This document shows positions 12,479 through 26,469 of a stretch of DNA of 64,000 bases, piece after piece. Below the pieces are notes generated by a model, which saw nothing but the letters and a program-made list of their open reading frames with translations, was not told where the DNA came from and did not search any database. The stretch spans positions 1,612,001 to 1,676,000 of the forward strand of contig NC_090352.1 of assembly GCF_035084215.1 (NCBI RefSeq), read 5' to 3'. Both the position numbers and the translations under genes were made by a program. The stretch comes from Heptranchias perlo. Taxonomy: Eukaryota. How positions within the stretch are numbered: the stretch's first letter is position 1; every line of letters begins with the position of its first letter.

Positions 12479-12724
12479 AACAAAAAAGCAAATAACTGAA
12501 GATGCTGGAAATCTGAAGCAAAAACATAAAATTCTGAAAACACTCAGCAGGTCAGGCAGCGTCTATGGAGAGAACAGACTAGTTAACGTTTCTGTTACGG
12601 ACCCTTCTTCAAAACTCAAGCAGGGCCTTTTGAAGAAGGATTTGCACCCAAAACATAAACTGGTCTCTTCTCCACAGATACATCCTGACCTGCTGAGTGT
12701 TTCCAGCATTTTCTATTTTTGTTT
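12479..12724. mobile_element. Inverted pair of PLE pLTR tails (second family) with decayed hammerheads
   Basis: Arms cactcagcaggtcaggcagc / cctgacctgctgagtg are inverted; 15-bp TSD CAATAAATCATTGTC at 12464-12478 and 12725-12739; minus-strand AGTT-TTGAAGA..GAA-ACGT-T-AACT at 12581-12616. Confidence 0.8.
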
Positions 12725-15700
12725 CAATAAATCATTGTCTCTTGTTTGGTCCTCAATTGTTCTCTTCCAGATTATCACGCGTGATGATCAAAAACCAGCA
12801 ATTCCCATTGTAGACCTCTCCAGAGTCCTGCTCTTTCACTGCACGTTTCATCATGTGATCCTTTTTCCCCATGCTCTATTCAGTAGGCTGGATCATTTCT
12901 CTTCATTTTTTGCCCTGCCAGTTTGCATCCAAGAATTTATTTTTCAAAAAAATACACTGCAGATTCCATGTTTGCCCTGTGGGCATAAGTTTCATGAAGA
13001 TATTTCGTATGTTCCTTTGTTTTTAGGGGAGAGGTAGTTAATTATTTTATGCCATGACTGGTTTTGAAACTGAGCAAGCACCTAGGAGACTTTCCACTGT
13101 CGTGAATGATTGTGACCAGTATGTCTGATGTTTTCCTTCTGAAATTACTGTTTGAGGAGAGATCCAAGAAAATATGTTTCAAAAGTTGGAGAAGATGATT
13201 AAGGCTGGGAATTTGTGATACTAACTATTGGTGCATCGGTGTTGTCCTATTTATACTCTTCATCCCTATTCTCAAATTGTGAAAAGAGAAAAGCGCTGAA
13301 ACGATCAGAGAGCTATTGTAACCATCCCATTGGATCTGGAACTCCATGTTGAAGTTGCTAGAGATAGGGTGCAAGCATCAGATGATAATGCTGTTGAGAA
13401 GGGACACTTTAGAGATTTATCAACAAGTCGAGTGTGAAAATCGTCATCATATCTAGAGCTCTACAGCATAAGGAAATGGTGACCAACTGTTGATTCTGCA
13501 GTTGTGCAGTTTTCCTTCCTGCTCCTGTGTGGTACGTTGGTGCTAATGTTGGTATTGGTAGCAAGGCTTGTGCCAGTTAACTCCGCTTTTGTAGCTTCAC
13601 TGCTGCTCCTAGGATCTCGGATAGCAAAGTCCAAGATCGTGTCACGTGAAAATTAAAGTTCTAGAGCATCAGCTGGTACACCAGTAGATTTGTGGTCATT
13701 TGGGCTAATGACAAACCACTCCTAAGACTCTGTCCCTCTGCACACATGCCTGCTTGAAGGCATATATCATGTCTCAGGAGTAATGTTAAGATCAAATTGA
13801 GTGGTTTACCTTTTGATGGAAAACAGCTCTTTGATGAGTAAATAGAGGAAAACGTTGCCAGATTTAGGAATCCCAACAGAGCAGTAGGAGTTTCCCAGAA
13901 CTCACCTCTTGTCTATTCTTGCAAAAAGGTCAATGCCACAGTTGCTATAGTATAAAGATTCGCTTTTGTTGCCACAAAAGTCCATTTTTGGCAGATTGCA
14001 ACCATCCTAGTACACTTCAACTTTGGGCAGAACCTCCCAGTCCAGGAAGAGTTTGCCAATCAGAACTTGACCATTCCATGGGTCATAGATGTCTGAAGTG
14101 AAGTATATATTCCAATGTGTAAAGTAGCCTCTGCTACTACTCTATGTAGAGTGTATACAACTTTACTCAGCTTTTTGTTTCTCATTAGGATTGGGCAAGC
14201 AACCACAAAGGGAAGAAAAGGGAATTTGAAGGGAGAGGTGTCCCCAAGTGCTCGCATGGATCTCCTATAGATTGCCTCCAGTGGTATTGGGAGGGAAGCC
14301 TGAGAGCAGGTTGCTTGTGCACCATTTGACTGCATGGTCTGGAGGGAAAAACAGAACGATTTGATAGCCTTACAAAAAAAAGTGGTATCGTCACAAAAAA
14401 CGAAATAAAATTTGTTTGACTGTCTCCTCCTCACCTGAGTGGAGCAGAGATTGTCCAGCATTTCAAACAAAAGACTTGTTGGCTGATAGTGATTTTGTAT
14501 ATAGAGGTAGATTGTATCAACTGTAAGGTATATGTCACCAGTTTACACACATCACACTCTCAAAACTGAAATGGGCTAGCCAAGACAACTAGCACGCTTT
14601 ATTTGGTTTGGGCAAAAAGTTTGTTTCCCTGGAATTGTTGGCAAACTTACTAAACTACTCTCCAGAATGGAAAGGGTAATGAGAGAAAATGGCATGTTGC
14701 ACAAACCACTGGAAGAGAAGATAATATAACAATACAGTGTATTCTCACGTCTGGAACCCAGTCATCGTTGAACATTATTAGGTCAGACGTAGAATAATAC
14801 TTTTACTCTGTTACATGTTCCTTAACTGAAAGGGAAGAGGAGCTGTCCCTCCTGTACTGTTGGAGCAGTTATGTACTGTGGATTTAAATAATTAGGAACT
14901 GGGTGAGCCTTCCTAAACTTATCTTGCATAGAATCCACATGTGCTGCTTTTGAACCTGGGAATCGTACATGAAATGGCATTGTGAATTGATATGATTTAA
15001 AGTAGGAGTTGGCTGAGTGAGTCACATATACTTTCTGTAGAAATAGGAAATTGAGAATTGCTGCTGTTGGTGAGTTCAGGGTTCTCTGACATTGCACCTT
15101 GCTTATGCTGTCTTTTGAATGCAGGAAAAACTCTGCACTTTGAATGTATTGTGACATGAACAAAAACCTTACATCAAGACTTGGTTTTTGTGTTGAGTTG
15201 GTTTGAAAGTAATACAGTTCAAATGGAATGTGGATTTTCCCCTTTCTCTGATGTCTGCTAATGGTTGCCTCTCCAGGGCCATTGGCAAAGTGTAGAAATG
15301 TCGGTGAACAGTCTATATCAGCAGTGGAGGGGCATTGTGATGATCTCAGTGTAACCATTGAGATTAGAGAGCAGCCTGTATCCAAACTCCTGTTTCTACA
15401 ACAAGACCTATTCTAAACAAAGTGCTGAAAGATTGAAATGGAAGGTGTAAGTTAATGATATAGTGTGTCTCCAAATATAATTTGGGTTCAGGCCTGTTGA
15501 GTCTGACACGACTACACATATGTATATATATATATATTTAAAAATCAATTTAATTTTTATTTATGACAGACTTCAAGTATACCAGAAAAGCAGTAATATG
15601 ACCCTAGCAGTAAGAGAACATTGCATTACATTCCTGCTATTGGGCAACTGCACCAACAGGATACAGTGATTATCTCTGTCCTGGGAACTACTTCAATCAA

Positions 15701-16729
15701 GGTTTTATTTCTTCTGTGGAGGATTCTCTTTAGCTCCCCGTCTAAGTGTAGACCCCCTTCTTTTATACCCTTTGTTATCATTGCTATGTGATGGCCCTGC
15801 TGCAGCTCCCTTTCGTTTCTCAGATTTCACATGAACTTTATTACACGTGTCTGAGCAGATGGCGCCCTTTGCTGCTGATGCCCGTGCATTTAGCACCGGT
15901 AAACATCAACTACCTTTCACCCAGCATGTTCTTTCCATGCTGATGGCCATTCGACTTTAGGAGTCATCCAGCCTACATGTCCACAGACCCCTTTCACACA
16001 TCCAACCTCATTGTTTCCCTCACAGGTATTTGCATGCTATCTGATTTGTTTCTATACAGGCTTCATTCCAAACGTCCCAGACGTTGATTAGCTACTTCAA
16101 AATATTATGGTTTAAAACTACATCAACTACATTATTATGTTTCAGAAATGAAAAGTTAAACTTTTACATAGTTACAATAATAAAAAGCATAGCGAAACTA
16201 CGCTAACGGGTCTGTTCGAAGAATCAGTTATGTCTGCTGCCGTATCCCTGATTAACCCTTTTTCCATCTTGATCTCTGACATTCATCCACAGTTATTATC
16301 CAACAGATGGTACCCTTTATGAATTAAATGCTTGATTAGATTTATGTAAATCTGCTTTATGTTAATTGTGGAAAAGTTTTTAAATAAAGTTGGAGGATGG
16401 GCTTGGGTCAGAATTTGAGACTCCCAGGCATTTTAAGTAAACAGTTTTCTCTGAAGGACTGTTAAGTTTTGGGACCACTAAATCTTATTGTGTCTTATGT
16501 TGAATCTTGTCAGCATACCTTTTGGAATTCATCCGAGAATTTCAATACTTTTGCAGCAGGTCCAAAAATAATATGAGATTAACATTTACTGTTTTTCTTC
16601 AGAGTACAGTACAATTAGAGACATGTTCCATGTGTTTTGTGGTTTGAAGAGGTGGAGAAAGGGAAATAGAATTTTTAATGTGTATACAGGACTCCTTTCT
16701 TACCCAGTATGTGAGAAGAGAGGAATCAC

Positions 16730-18965
16730 TGCTGGATCTAGTAATGGGAAATTAACCGGAGCAGATCAGAGAAGTGAGTGTAGGGGAGCATCTAGGCAAT
16801 AGCAACCATAACGGTTTAAAATAATGATTGAGAAAGACAGAAGTAAGACAAAAACCAAAGTAATGGATTGGAAAAAAGCTAATTTTGAGGGGATGAGAAT
16901 GGAACTAGGGAAGGTAAACTGGAAAAAAAAATTAACAGACAAAAAGATAGAACAGCAGTGGGAAATATTTAACGCGGTGATCAATACAGTTTAGGACAAA
17001 TATATTCCTATTTAAAAAAACAAGAACAAACTAGCCAATAATAAAACACCATGGATGAATAAAGAGATAAGGGTAAAAATGAAACGAAAGAAAAAGGAAT
17101 ACTCTAAATACATCATAGACAATAAAGGAGAGGATGACAAAAGGTAACACAAAGAGGTTAGGAAAGAAGTCAAAAAAACAATTGGGAGAACAAAGAGGAA
17201 CTATGAAATTAAATTATCAAGGAATATCAAAAGAAATAGTAAAGTATTCTACAGACCCACAAATAACAAAAGAAAAATCAGGATAGGGCCACTAGGGGAT
17301 GCACACGATAAACTCACAGGTAATGACAGCAAAGTGGCAGAAATATTGAATAGTTACTTTGCCTCAGTATTTACCAGGGAGACTAACAAGGTGGGCATGA
17401 CATTAGAAGAAAAGATCAAAAAAGGGATAAAGACATTCAAGATTGAAAGGGTGGAGATAATTGATAAACTAATCAAACTGAGAGAGGATAAAACCCCTGG
17501 TCCGGATGGATTACATCCGTGCATATTAAAAAGAAGTTAGGGAAGCGTTAGGGAGGCACTATTATATGATTATAAAAATTCATTAGAAAAGGGAATAGTG
17601 CCAGAGGACTGTCAGACAGATAATGTTATTCCTGTGTTTAAAAAGGAAGATATAACAAGTCCAGGAAACTATAGACCAGTTAGCTTAATGTTGGTGGTAG
17701 GACAGATAATGGAATCTTTACTCAAAGATGTAATAGAAAAACATCTAGAAAATGAAAATATAATAAAGAATAGTCAGCACGGATTTGAGAAGGGAAAGTC
17801 ATGCTTGACCAACCTTATTGAATTCTTTGAAGAAGTAACAGAAAGAGTAGACAAGGATAATGAAGTAGATATAATATTTGGATTTTCAGAAGGCCTTCGA
17901 TAAGGTACCGCATTGTAGACTCAAGACTAAGGTCAGAGCATGCAGAGCCAGGGGACAGGTAGCAGAATGGATAGCAAGCTAGGTCCACTATTGTTCACAA
18001 TTTACATTAACAATTTGGACTCTGGAATCGGAAGTACAATTTCAAAATTTTCGGACTGCGCCAAATTGGGGGTGTAGATAATGCAAAGGAAGAATGCGTC
18101 AAAATGCAAGAGGATATTAATAAACTTGCAGAATGGATGTGTAATTGGCAAATTAATTTCAATATAGATAAATACTGAGGTGGTACATTTTGGTAGGAAG
18201 AATAAGGAGGCCACATGCTGCTTGGATAATAAGAGTCTAAACGGGATAGAGGAGCAAAGGGATCTCAGGATACAGATACACAAATCACTAAAAGTAGCGA
18301 TGCAGGTTAATAAGGCCATAAAAAGGCAAACCAAGCACTGGGATTCATTTCTAGTAGAATAGAATTGAAAAGCAGAGAAGTTATGTTAAACTCCTTTGGG
18401 TAAAAACCTCCTCGACCATATTTGGAGCACTGTGCACAGTTCTGGTCTCCATATTGTAAAAAGGATATAGAGGCATTGGACAAGGTGCAAAAATGAATGA
18501 CAAGGATGATACCAGAACTGAGAGGATATGCTTATCAGGAAAGACTAAACAACCTGGGGCTCATTTCTCTAGAAAAGAGAAGGCTGAGGTGTGACCTGTT
18601 AGAGATCTTTAAGATAATGAAAGGGTAGAGAAAATGTTTCCACTTGTGTGGGATTCCAAAAACTAGGGGTCATAAATATAAGATAGTCACTAATAAATCC
18701 AGTAGGGAATTCAGGAGAAACTTCTTTACACAAAGAGTGGTAAGAATGTGGAAAATGGTACCACAAGGAGTAGTTGAGGCAAATAACTTAGATGCATTTA
18801 AGGGGAAGCTAGATAAGCACACGAGGGAGAAAGGAATAGAAGGGTATGCTGATCAGGTGAGATGAAGTAGAGTGGGAGGACGCTTGTGTGGAGCATCAAC
18901 GCCAGCATAGACCAGTTGGACCGAATGGCCTGTTTCTGTACTGTGCACTCAATGTAACTCAATTT
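16730..18965 (+). mobile_element. Decayed CR1 LINE ORF2 and 3' UTR
   Basis: AEILNSYFASVFT, KTPGPDGLHP, PGNYRPVSL, KSCLTNLIEFFEEVT, TRGHKYKI..RRNFFTQRVV; many frameshifts and an internal deletion near 17985. Confidence 0.92.
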
Positions 18966-20719
18966 TATGTTCTGATATGCACACTTCCCAGAATGTAATT
19001 TTAACCCTTTGACAACCACAGTAGGGTTCCTACTTGAAAATAAAGTATAACAAGGAGACCAATGCTGTAATTTATTTAAAGAAACCAGTGAATTAAAAAA
19101 ATTTAGCTCCAATTCTGTATTGCTCAAGAAAATCATTTTTGCAGAAGGACGTGTTTATCATTTAAAGACAGATTTAAAAAGCTGAACCCAATCCTCATGT
19201 AAAGTCGGTTTTAATATTGTTTGGTGGTTTTGCTCAAATGCTGGTACCCAGTTTCCTATAGGTCCATAAACAAAGGTGGTGACTAATTGTGCAGCATGTA
19301 TCATCTTCTCATCTGGTGTTCCTCGGGGAATTTTTATTACTGTAATCTCTGAAACTCATAGTAACTTTAATTAAAGTTTAAAACATTGGGAAGACCAAGT
19401 GAAAATCAATTAAATTTAATATTTAGGTTGCCAAAGGTTATGAGTAATAATGGGATGCTGCTGTATATACATTTGATTTTCGACTGCCGTTAAATTCTAA
19501 GATGAAAAACTGTGTGGAGCACAGTGATTCTGGTATTTGCACGTCTGGAGTGCTCAGTAATGCGGATAAGCTAGCTGTGTACTATTGTGGATCAGTACTC
19601 CACATTATCTGCCTTTCTGGGCTGTCACAGTATTATGATATATCACTCATAACGTAAACTCTTCTGATTTTGCTCTGCTCATTGTGGTTATTGTAAGTGA
19701 AAAGAATTTTACTGGTTAACACAAAAAGGGTTCCAAAGAAAACATGTTTTACCAGGATAGTCACTATCTTGTATGTGTCATGTATGGTCTTCGACTTGGT
19801 CCTGTAAGAGTACATTCCTTCCTTTATTGAGAGTATTATGGATGTTTTGTAATACTGTAAAATGTATATCTTAGTTCTTGAACTAGTTATCATCAGACAT
19901 AAAAAATATTGTGACATTTTTACTTTGACTGCAGTATGTACAGTTGTTAAGTTGGTTGATCATAGTGATTAAGTTAATGACTTCCTTATTCACCGTATTC
20001 AACTCTCTATGTATGGAAAGCTGAATAGTGCTTTTAAAATACAGATATTCTGCACAGCAATAAAGCTCTTTCCACAGCCACAGAACACTCTTTTCCCAAA
20101 TAAATTCTGGATGTAAATGTAAAGTTTAAGCATCTATTCTCTACTCCATCTTTCACTGATTTCAGAATAATTATACTTTCTAATCAGACATTTCAAAAAC
20201 ATCTTTCTGCAACTTAGTGTTGGATATATGCAGAACCATTGATCAGTTCATAATTCCAAAACTTCTCTGAATATAATGTGTGTTCATTATTAGATTAATT
20301 TGCTGTCATAATGTTAATGTGGTATATTTCTACTTCAGTTAAGATGGTAGTGCTATCAGTGGGGGGAGTACAGAGGACAGGGGAACACTTTCAGGAATAT
20401 ACTATTGTCAATATAAAGTAACTATATACCACTAGGTAAGAAGTACAGTAGAGTAAAAAGGAGATTGATATGGACAACAAAGGAAGTAGTACAGAGGGTA
20501 AGGGCAAGAATAAGAGCTTTCCTCAAGTATAAATCGGCACATAAACTGGAGGACAATGATCAGTCCATAAAAATAAGGTTAGGGAGGGGACAAAACTGGT
20601 TACGAGAGTCAACACAGACTGCAAGATTAGAATAGCAGAGAATATAAAACTCAGAGGGGCCCCTGAAGGACTCAGAAGAGGACATTATAATCAAACAATC
20701 AAGGAATGGCAAGTATTCC

Positions 20720-22290
20720 AAATGTGTCTTTGTGTCTGTGTTCACATAGGAAACCTCATCTATGGTGTAGACATATGGAAACCCTCAGAAAAATAGATGT
20801 AGCTGATAAAGAGGTGATGGGAATTGAAGGAAATCGAGGGCTTGAGTCCAGACAGATTGCACTCTAGGGTAGTTGAGGAAGGCGCTCATGAAATTGGGGA
20901 TGTTCTAGTGGGCATCTTTAGGGAACCTTGGAAACGGGGACAGTGCCTGAGGGTTGGAGAAATGGGTCACCAATCTATAAAAAGGCACAGAGAGCTAACC
21001 CAGAGAATTACAGGTCAGTCAGCCTGACATTCACTGTAGGGCAAGTACTGGAGGGTGTTATGATGGAATGAATGAAGAACCTGGAGAAACATAGAACTAT
21101 AAGATTGAGCCAACATGGATTTATGGGAAGAAAATGAGGCTTGATGAATTCTTTGGAGTTCTTTGAGGTGGTAACAAATCTTGGGGATAGGGGGAAGTTC
21201 AGTGGATGTTTTTCTTTCAGATTTCAGCAAAGCTTTTGATCCGATGCCACACAGGAGATTGATCCATACGATTGGAAGACACAACATAGTAGGTGGAGTG
21301 CTCCAAAATGGATCGAAAATTGGCTGAAGCAGCGGAAGCAAAGAGTGGTTGTAAATGGAGATGTGTTGTCATGGAAGAGGTAACTAGTGAGGTGACTCAG
21401 GGATTAATGCTGGGGTTGTTTAATATGTACAGAAATGACCTGGGACAGAATCAAAACTCCATGCTTGCAGATGATACCAAACTGGGAAGGACTGCAAACA
21501 ACAGGAAACAGGCTGATCAAATACAGAAGGACCTGGATAGATTGGCGAGTGGGGCTAATGAGGGGAAAATGTCATTCAATGTGGGCAAATGCAAAGTCCT
21601 GAGATTGCGAAAAGATAATAAGCAGTGGCAATGTAAGCGAAATGGGATTATTATAGGACATGACACAGGAGAAAGGGATTTAGAATACTGTTGATGTCAT
21701 TAACACACAGTTTGGCCACGGTAAAAAAACAAATAGGACCTTGGGCTGTAACCAGAGGGGTAGAGGGCAGATCTCAGGAAGTGATTCTACATTTGTCCAG
21801 AGCATTGGTTCAGCCCCACCATAGAATCAAAGAAGTTTACAGCACAGAAGGAGGCCAATCGTGTCTCTGCTGGCTCTTTGCTAGATTACTTTATACAATA
21901 ATGATTTCTATATTATTAGATATCTAGGCACTGGAGAAGATGCAACAAAAGCAACTGAATTGATAGTTGGAATTAGATGCCCGAGTTATGGGGAGAGGCT
22001 GCAAAAGCTGGGAATGTTTACACTGGAGAAGAGAAGGCTCAGGGGTGATCTTATAGAAGGATTCAAGATCCTAAAGGGATAAATGTGAATATCTTTAACA
22101 GTCACAGAATCCCCAATAAGAGGGCACAGCCTCAAACTTAGAAGAGGGAGGGTGAAAAGACAGTTTAGATATAATTACTGTACACAGAGGGTGGGGAATG
22201 CAGAGAATGGGCTGCCCAAGCAGGCAGTGGGATCCGATTGCATCAACAAATTCTAGGGCAAGTTGTATAGGTACCTGGAAAAAAAAGTGG
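20720..22290 (+). mobile_element. Highly decayed CR1 LINE
   Basis: Remnants of SPDRLHSRV, DFSKAFD, LADDTKLG, FNVGKCKVL, EKRRLRGDLIE. Confidence 0.8.
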
Positions 22291-22294
22291 ATGG

Positions 22295-22600
22295 AAGGAT
22301 ATTTCCACTTGTGGGGAAGTCCAAAACTAGGGGTCATAAATATAACTAATAAATCCAATAAAGAATTCAGAATAAACTTCTTTACTCGGAGAGTAGTTAG
22401 AACTTGCTACCACATGGAGTGGTTGAGGTGAATAGCATAGACGCGTTTAAGGGAAAGCTAGATAGGTACATGAGGGAGAAAGGAGTAGAAGGATATGCAG
22501 ATTGGGTTAGATGAAGTAGGGTAGAAGGAAGCTTGTGTGGAGCATAAACACCGACATGGACCAGTTCGGCTGAATGGCCTGTTTCCTAATTCTACGATAT
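22295..22600 (+). mobile_element. CR1 LINE 3' end fragment
   Basis: Closely similar to 18635-18950 (tttccacttgtgggg..aactaggggtcataaatata..gtggagcataaacacc). Confidence 0.85.
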
Positions 22601-23717
22601 TATGGGATATGATATTTCCTAAACATTGGGTCTGGCCAGATGGGCTCTTTCAGCCCTGTGTATTCTTATGTTCAGATACGTTTTCTTGGGGTGAAGGAAG
22701 AGTTAATCTGGTATGTCCTGTCCTGGCCCCCTTCCCCTTCCATTCCCTTTCCCTTCCCTTCTGATTATGCCATGGGTATTCTGAAATATTGTCTCGAATG
22801 TTTGATGCCCTGGAGTTTGCTACAGCAATAAGAGTTCTCTTGAGATTACAGATTGTAATGCATTAATGAATGGACAGAATCACTCTGGACGCCTAAGGTG
22901 AAAAGCTATCGCAGTTTGAAATGAGGCGAGTGTCTGACTCCTGCACTCTGACAGTAGACGGGTACAGCTAAGTGCGGCGGCGATTGGACGCATGAAGATG
23001 TGAAAGGGCAAAGACCTTCTTCACACCTGAGAATTGAATGAATAAATAAAGTAGGAAAATTAAAAATGAGAGATAAAAAAGCAACAACTTGGATGAACAT
23101 GGGAACCATGAAAAAAAGGGTTGCTACGAAATGGAGAAAGTGGCACCTCTCTCACCCCCGACTGATCTCTCAACCAGATCCCCCTTTAATATAATTTTTC
23201 TTCTTCCCCAGTGACATCTGTTTGCTGTTCATATAGCTCAATTCTTCAAGTCAAAGCTTTTCCTGTTCAATGACTTGACTATTGCTTTGACCATTGTGTG
23301 AGTGTAGATTTAGAATCCCATTAATTTTCAAGGATAGATAATTGAAGTTCCTCCAAATGACTATTAGGAACCAGGAATGTTACATAGGTTGTGTTATTAG
23401 AGGATTTATTGAAGTTTTTGGATAGTTTCCAGGACTTTACAGAATGTTCGGCTCCTATAGTTAAAGGGGCTCATAAAAGCATCACAGAACAATTAATTAG
23501 AGAAGTTTAATGGTTGACACAGATTGCTCCACTTCAACTTTTTAGTAACCTGTACTTTTAGTGCACAGCACTCACTTTGAACAAATTCTTGGAACAACCC
23601 CAGTTTCTACCTTCCAGTGTGCAATGCAATATTGCTGGTGTATACATAAATAAATAAACTTACAATTTATACAAGAGAGACGTTTATTCAATATAGTGTT
23701 TGTATTTAATGTACTAT

Positions 23718-24530
23718 TAGGTAGCATGGGCAGACATGTAGCAGATGAAACTTAACGCAGAGAAATGCAAAGTGATACATTTCGATAGGAAGAACGAGGA
23801 GAGGCTATATAAACTAGAGGGCACAATTCTAAAAGGGGTAGGAACAGAGAGATCTGGGGGTATTTGTGCACAAATCGTTGAAGGTGGCAGGGCGGGTTGA
23901 GAAAGCGGTTCAAAAAGCATACGGGATCCTGGGCTTTATAAATAGAGATATAGAGTACAAAAGTAAGGAAGTCATGATGAACCTTTATGAAACACTGGTT
24001 CGGCCACAACTGGACTATTGCGTCCAGTTCTGGGCACCGTACTTCAGGAAAGATCTGAAGGCCTTAGAAAGGGTGCAGTAGAGATTTATTAGAATGATTC
24101 CAGGGATGAGGGACTTTAGTTACGTGGATAGACTGGAGAAGCTGGGGTTGTTCTCCTTGGAACAGAGAAGGTTGAGAGGAGATTTGATGGAGGTATTCAA
24201 AATCATGAAGGGTCTAGACAGAGTAGATAGAGAGAAACTGTTCCTGTTGGTGTAAGGATCAAGGACCAGAGGACATAGATTGGCAAAAGAACCAAAGGTG
24301 ACATGAGGAAAAACTTTTTTACACAGCGAGTGGTTAGGATCTGGAATGGACTGCTCGAAGGGGCGGTGGAGGCAGATTCAATCATGGCCTTCAAAAGGGA
24401 ACTGGATAAGTACTTGAAAGGAAAAAATTTACAGGACTACGGGAAAAGGGTGGGGGAGTGGGACTAGCTGGCGCAGACTCGTTGGGCCGAATGGCATCCT
24501 TCCATGCTGTAACCTTTCTATGATTCTATA
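23718..24530 (+). mobile_element. 5'-truncated CR1 LINE
   Basis: KAYGILGFINRDIEYKSKEVMMNLYETLVRPQLDYCVQFWAP; ttctatgattctat tail; same subfamily as 48899-50310. Confidence 0.92.
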
Positions 24531-24704
24531 GGTGGAAAGTACACTTTCAGGCTCACTATATTCTCTTCACTTAGCACCAGTTGTTGAAGAGTTTCTGGAA
24601 TTTTTTGAGAATGCACTTGTGTATTTATTAAATGTGGATGACACTGTATGACACTCTGTGAGAACTAGCATCACCTATAATTTTCTAATCTTGTTTCTAT
24701 GGTG

Positions 24705-24840
24705 AGCTCCCGACAGCTCAGTGGGTGAATACACTATGTGATATACTGGGCCATGCACATCTTTCAAACAGCCTACCAGCACTTGCTGCTAGACTCAACA
24801 TGAAGAGTGGCCACTTGGGCAAGATTCAAGAGGGGTTGAA
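24705..24840 (+). mobile_element. SINE family A copy, internally deleted
   Basis: Head cagctcagtgggtgaat joined to 3' block catgaagagtggccacttgggcaag. Confidence 0.55.
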
Positions 24841-25335
24841 GTAGGTAGAGATAGAGAGCTACAGTGGGACACACAAACGAGAAGGGGGAGAGAAGGAATG
24901 AGCTCTGCACATGGAGAAAAGAAACACTGCTAGAGAGAGAGAGAGACAAGCCATCCCCCTTTACACACATACTCGTGTGTGTGTGAGACAAAGACACACA
25001 GATGAACAGGCAGCTGAAGCGTAAAGCATACAGACAGGGATTGAGAGAGATGGATCGTATGTGAGCGAGATGTATAGACTTACAGGAATGCAAAGAGAGA
25101 CGTACAGATTAGCAAGTAGAAAGGAGGATGGAGAGAATGAAAGAGACAGACACAGCTCAGCAGGCAGAGACATGTACAGAAACATGGGGAGTAGAGGTAG
25201 GGAGTATGACTGACTGGGCAAGAAAGTCTGGCACACAAAACAAGGAGAGAAAGACAGAGTACAAGAGGGAGCAGGAGAAATGCAGATCAATGGACAGGAA
25301 GGGAGGGAGAGAGAGATGATAGCAACACACGCACA
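24841..25335. repeat. GA-rich low-complexity tract with (GA)n/(GT)n remnants
   Basis: Strong purine skew; agagagagagagag, gtgtgtgtgtg. Confidence 0.8.
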
Positions 25336-26469
25336 GGGACACTAATTGACTGCCTTACTCAGCTTATATTTAACCAAATGCAGTGTTGAAATAGAAACAA
25401 GTGTTACCCTTTTGTGGGGGGGCTTGCCTGTAAAATGCAGCAGAAATCTGTGAAGCCACTTTTAAGTTATGTTGCTTCTGTCATTTTGCTAGACAGACTG
25501 AATAGTACGCCACTATAGTCCCTCTTGCCGTTCAGAAGGAGATAGTAAAAATTGATGAAGCTTAAAATATTGTTTACATTCGTGGTTTTCAAGCTTTCCT
25601 GTGTAGGCGACCCCCTGAATATGCTCATGTGCCGTTGTCCTGTCATGGAAAAAAATGGTGCTCAGGTGATAGGAATGAACTGTTTGTACAGATCAGTTTT
25701 GGAATGTGAAAAGTCCAAGTACCAGCCCTGCCACCTGCAGAAAGAGTTTCATGCACTTGAGCCGACTGCTGGTGGAATCCTGAGTCAGACATGCTAAAAG
25801 TTTTCTTAATTCCTTTTCTGTGTTGTTGACAGTGAGAAATTGTGCCCTACATAGGCAGGAGTGAACCAGTGTAAGAGTCAGCTCAAGCTGGGAAACGTGC
25901 AGTGAGGATTGGTAGGTGTGGAATCCAAGGAGCAAAAGCACAGCACAGTAAGCTAGCCAATGAATGTGTGTGCTGGCTCATGTCAGTGCCTGTAGCCATT
26001 GCACCATTGGTGTTCCCATTTCAAGTTGGTTGACTGGCCTGTTCCAGTTGTCTCATTGGTTAATGAACAGAATGATGAAACAGAGCGTTAAGTGCGTTCA
26101 GCACATGTGCGCATACACTCGGTCAATGGTTAGTCCAACTTTTTGAATTCATATTAAAAATGTTGAAACTGTAACTTGACAATGATCTCCCAGACCCTCT
26201 GGAAACCTCTTGAAGACACCAGTTTCTAAAGCACTGCTGTGCCTATTTCAAGTGGAATGTAATCTAAAATGTGAACCAGAATTGATGGGTAGTTAAAGTG
26301 TACCTTGTCCGTATTACAAAAGCAGTAGTATAGAAATTTGAAGTTTTTGACCATTAGTGGTAAATTTATATTCTAACTCATTGTAGTAAAAATAATAAGT
26401 AGCTTTCGTGAATACGTTAGAAGATGATATATTGGTGGCCAGTATAAGCCTCTACAGAATTGAGACATT

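Noticed and set aside
12441-13037. 198-aa ORF
   Set aside because: Spans the non-coding inverted PLE insertion and both TSD copies; no domain.
13290-14470. Possible very old minus-strand RT remnant (RYDDD near 13450, FSSIYS near 13845)
   Set aside because: Motifs are too short and their spacing is inconsistent; needs a profile-HMM search.
14822-15385. 187-aa minus-strand ORF
   Set aside because: Non-ATG start, overlaps an old repeat, no recognisable domain.
24773-25342. Cluster of overlapping ORFs
   Set aside because: Artefact of stop-poor GA/CT low-complexity sequence.
25608-25666. Candidate exon (gtgtag|...CAG|gtgata)
   Set aside because: Weak donor and no recognisable peptide.
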